DNA of 64,000 nt, taken from the NCBI GenBank assembly GCA_017654855.1, contig CM030336.1:2294001-2358000 (forward strand), read 5' to 3'. Both the position numbers and the translations under genes were made by a program. Numbering within the stretch: position 1 is the stretch's first letter; the number at the start of each line of letters is the position of its first letter. The notes beneath the pieces were generated by a model. It saw nothing but the letters and a program-made list of their open reading frames with translations. It did not search any database and was not told the DNA's origin. Shown one piece after another: positions 60,439-64,000 of this stretch. This stretch comes from Podospora anserina (lineage: Eukaryota).

Positions 60439-62957
60439 TCACCTCGTGACGATAACGGAAAAGCCGTCCACCCAGGAGCCGCAGCTGCCGGTGACACCGC
60501 AGATGTTGTAGCCTCTGGGGGGTATCAGTGTGTGGCTAATACAAAGCACAGTCGTCAGCTTGACACGGCTACACCAATTCAACAGCGAAGAAAGCGGACA
60601 ACTTACGCATCGCCTCCGTGGGCATTACCAAACAATGGCGATCTTCTTCCCAAACTTGTCAAGACCTGAATAGCGTCCACCCAAAAGCCAGAGCGAACAA
60701 AAAAGCCGGTAATGTATTCACCACGGCGAATATCTAGATTGACCATGTTAGTGGCTGGCTAATCGAAAGAGACTGAGGGAACAAGAAACTCACCCATATC
60801 AAAAGTGTCTCCCCCTTCTTTTCCGCCTCTCTTGCCAAACAATTGTCTTGAATCGTCGTCATAAACAAACTCCAAGCCATCCACAGCCAAGCCGTGGTAA
60901 AAGATAATACGTGACAAGACCCGGTCTTGTCTCAAAGCACTGGTGAAGATAAATTCATGAGGCTGGCTACCTTCCAGCTGCGACGCTCCCAGCTTCTTGC
61001 CACGGTAGGCATTCTTGGGAATCCCAGGAAGAGCGCTTGGGAGTTTCAGACAAGACTTGGTCGAACAGAACTTGCTGTAGTCGTCAATATCCAATGAGCC
61101 ACCGCCGTGGGACTTGATCGCCAGCTTGATGGTTCCCTTCCGCTTGCCTTCGGGCAGTCGGCTTCGCAAGTCCTGCTCGCTCAGCGTGACTGACCGTTGG
61201 ACACTGCCATTTTCGGCGGGGTACTCGATCCAACTGTGACACACGTCATCCCCTTCGCCAAAGATTTCGATGAACGACACACCCGTGGCTGCCATGACGG
61301 TCAGGCCATCTACCGGCCATGCCTGCACGCTGTCATCCGAATTCAGCACCATGTCGTTTGGCAGTCGGAAGCACGGATGGCTGCGAAAGCGTAGACAGTC
61401 CAGACGGTGCCAGGTGCACTCGTCCTCCTGTGTCACGGGACCGCCCTTGGACCGCGTTCGGGTCGAGTATGCTTCGCGGGAGACAAACGTACGATTCAGC
61501 GTAACGTAGTCCCTCAGCATGACCCCGCTCTCCTGGTGTGGCAAGCCAAAGAGGTGCCCGGTTTCGTGCATGTGGGCGCCGATTCCTATGTTGGCCGCCT
61601 CCCACGAGCTCCCGGCATCATTGCAGTCGTTGCCCACATGGTTCGTGTCTGTAGGCGTACAGTCGGTAAAAGCAGGGACAACCTCCTCGAAGCTCGTTGG
61701 GTAGCTCTGGAGGCAATGAGACCCAAACACACCCAGGTGCAGATCGCCAACATTTCCGCCCAGCGCAGCATGTCCCACGATTGTCTTGGAGGCCGTGTCC
61801 CAATGGGCATCGAGCAGGAGAACCGACACGTACAACTTTTGTCCGGGTAGCGGTTTGAAATAGTCGCGCACAGCGTCGGCGGCAATGCTATATAGGCCCC
61901 CTGAGTCGGATGCATTAGGATTCTGCTGTGCCCTGTTCAGATCCCGTAGCTCTGCCAGTGTTTTGTCGGTTCGGATGACATGAACACGCGCCTCGGAGCG
62001 CATCGTCCCATTTTCCCTGTCTCGTTGGTTGACCGTGCCTGTCGTCCACTCCTCCTCAAACCTAAAAGTGCGACGGCCGAATTTGTTGCGCCACATCTGT
62101 TCCGCAGTAAAGGCTTGCCACAGGTACGCAGCCATGCGGAGCTTGCGGACCGCCGTGTCGAGGCCATTACCCTCCCTCTCGATCCTGGCCGGGACTGCAT
62201 CGAACGTGCCTGGTGAATCCTTTGCCAACAGTATGGCAAGCTGCAGTGGTGGTGCAGCAACCGGAGGAATCATATGAACCGTCAGGTAGGAAGCGTGAAT
62301 AGGGTTGGAAGATCCACTGTTGGCAAGCTTGGGGCTAGAGAAGTCAAAGCGCAGGCGATTGGCGCCGGGCATCATGTAAACAAGTGCCTTGAAGTGGGAG
62401 TTGCATACTGGCCACGAGACTGGAGGGAAGTTGTCGTCCAAGCGGCTCACAGTGACTGTCCCGTCAACCGACTGTTGAGAGGGGTCGCCAACTGTACCAT
62501 AGACCAACAAAATCTTTTGATATGCCTAGTTCTATGTTAGTCTAGCTGTGCCGGACTGGGTTTCTCACATATGAACACCTACCCAGGAATTGTCTGGCAC
62601 ATTTGTGATCCGGGGCGAGTACTGGGACACCGGCAAACTTGGGCCCTTCCCGCCGTTTGAAACAGGTGACCCAAGACCTGCCATGCCTGATACGCTGTAT
62701 CGGTTGCTGCCACCGTTGGGGTATGGCTGGGCTGATGGGCGTGAGAGACCGGCAGAGGACGGGGAGAGGAATTTGTCTGCCAATTGCAGATTCAAAGCGG
62801 GATCGGATTGCTGGCCGATCGATGGCGGCGTCGAGGACCCAGAAGTAGGAGTAGTACCGTTACTGGCGTCGCTAGACGTATCGGTCGATCGTTCGGTCCG
62901 GAAGCTTTGCCTGGACCGCCTCCGCAGTTCCTTAAAGTTGAAGAGGGACGGAGCCAT
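60439..62957 (-). CDS. Putative zinc metallopeptidase with C-terminal jacalin-like lectin domain (YIL108W-like); introns 62526-62582, 60734-60793, 60536-60606
   Basis: LRMAAYLWQAFTAEQM, the zincin motif GAHMHETGHLFGLPH, WHRLDCLRF and the jacalin-like GEYITGFFVRSGFWVDAIQ...GNAHGG...GSCGSWVDG after splicing. Confidence 0.9.
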
Positions 62958-64000
62958 GGCTGGAGCGAGGGATGCTAAGATGGGTAGTCTCCAAATTTCG
63001 ATTCCAATTCCAGTTCTCCAACTCCAATTCCAACTACCAAGGGTCGAAGAAGCAAACGAATGTGATGCCGCAGCTCAAAAAAAAAAAAAATACCAATTGA
63101 AAATTGGAGAGAGGGAGATCTCGCACAGCTGCCCCGGGTCTCGCTCTGGTATACGAGAAAATCGAAAAAGAACGGGCTGCCAACGGTCAATGGATGGATC
63201 GTGGCGCAGATAGCGTGAGGGATGGGAGGAAGGTGGTGTAGGTGGGGGGTGGGGGGAAAGTTAGGTATTAAAGATGCGCCTGTGGTCGTCAGACGGTGCA
63301 CTGTGCCTGCCCCCTAAATGGAAGATGGTGTAGGTAGGACGGGAAGCGGCCGTCAAGTGGCACAACAACAGCTCTCGGAACGGTTCTGGTGTACGATCTT
63401 CCTTTTCGCAATCTGATCTGTGTCGCGCACGCAGCGAAGATATCAGCGGCAGTTGAGGTGACAGCTGCTGGGTAGGTATTAGGGAATAGTGTAGTGTGTA
63501 GTAGGTAAAGCTTGGAATGTGTCAATGACGTAAGGTAGGTCTGCGATTGGTCGACGTCTGGGTGATTGGGCCAGCGATGCAACGAGACGACGGGACCGGA
63601 TCCTGTCGACTGCTGTATCCGGAACAAGGCAGCTTTGCAACCACGAATTTGGGTCGGCGAGAAGCGATAGGATGGGAGAGCAGGAGGACGGATAAGACGG
63701 GGCAGGCGCTGTAAGAGCTGGTGAGAATCGGACAGCTCGTCCGAAATCAACAACCCGGCAGGAAACCGCCAGGGGCAGCAAGGGGGCTGAAAGGATGGCC
63801 ACAATCCATCTGATTGCGTGAGCTTTTTGACCTCAATATCTCTTGGCGAGAAGCTGAAAGTGGAATTGATATGGGAAGTGGGCACTCTTGTTGACGACGC
63901 TTTCCACACTCCAAGACATCCAAGAGGATCCTGCCTCCACTCTTCTGAAGACCTCTTGGGTGCCATTCGAGATCGAAGCCAACCTGACAAGTTGGAAGAA

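Noticed and set aside
63289..63990. 233-codon minus-strand ORF at the window end
   Set aside because: No recognisable motifs; more likely the upstream or leader region of the metallopeptidase gene.

Overview
This window is eukaryotic, intron-containing DNA from a filamentous ascomycete. The GT-AG introns with CTRAC branch points, the gene content and a RIP-like AT-rich relic suggest a Sordariales fungus such as Podospora; the taxon is inferred, not shown. It is a gene-dense housekeeping region with about 23 protein genes: a Fus3/Kss1-type MAP kinase, Oxr1, Hem4, Erv1, pyruvate decarboxylase, Tan1/THUMP, an APH-fold protein, Ecd/SGT1, Smc6, Coq9, a 10-exon Gbp2/Hrb1 (SnxA)-like SR/RRM protein, Srp14, Sgd1/NOM1, Lpd1, sphingolipid delta-8 desaturase, a small hydrophilin-like protein, Vac14, an orphan ORF, a HAUS1-like augmin subunit, a pericentrin/Pcp1-like protein, Rsa3 and a jacalin-domain zinc metallopeptidase. 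The ORF track ignores introns, so the gene models were rebuilt by hand from splice signals. Structure not explained by the ORF track includes a ~1 kb TA-flanked non-autonomous DNA transposon with ~100 bp terminal inverted repeats, a long hairpin-rich first intron in TAN1, unusual splicing in the Gbp2-like gene, a probable phosphotransferase pseudogene and a shared TTATCGATAA palindrome in two bidirectional promoters. I found no tRNA, rRNA or CRISPR, and no convincing novel multi-gene system. The findings are modest, testable hypotheses.
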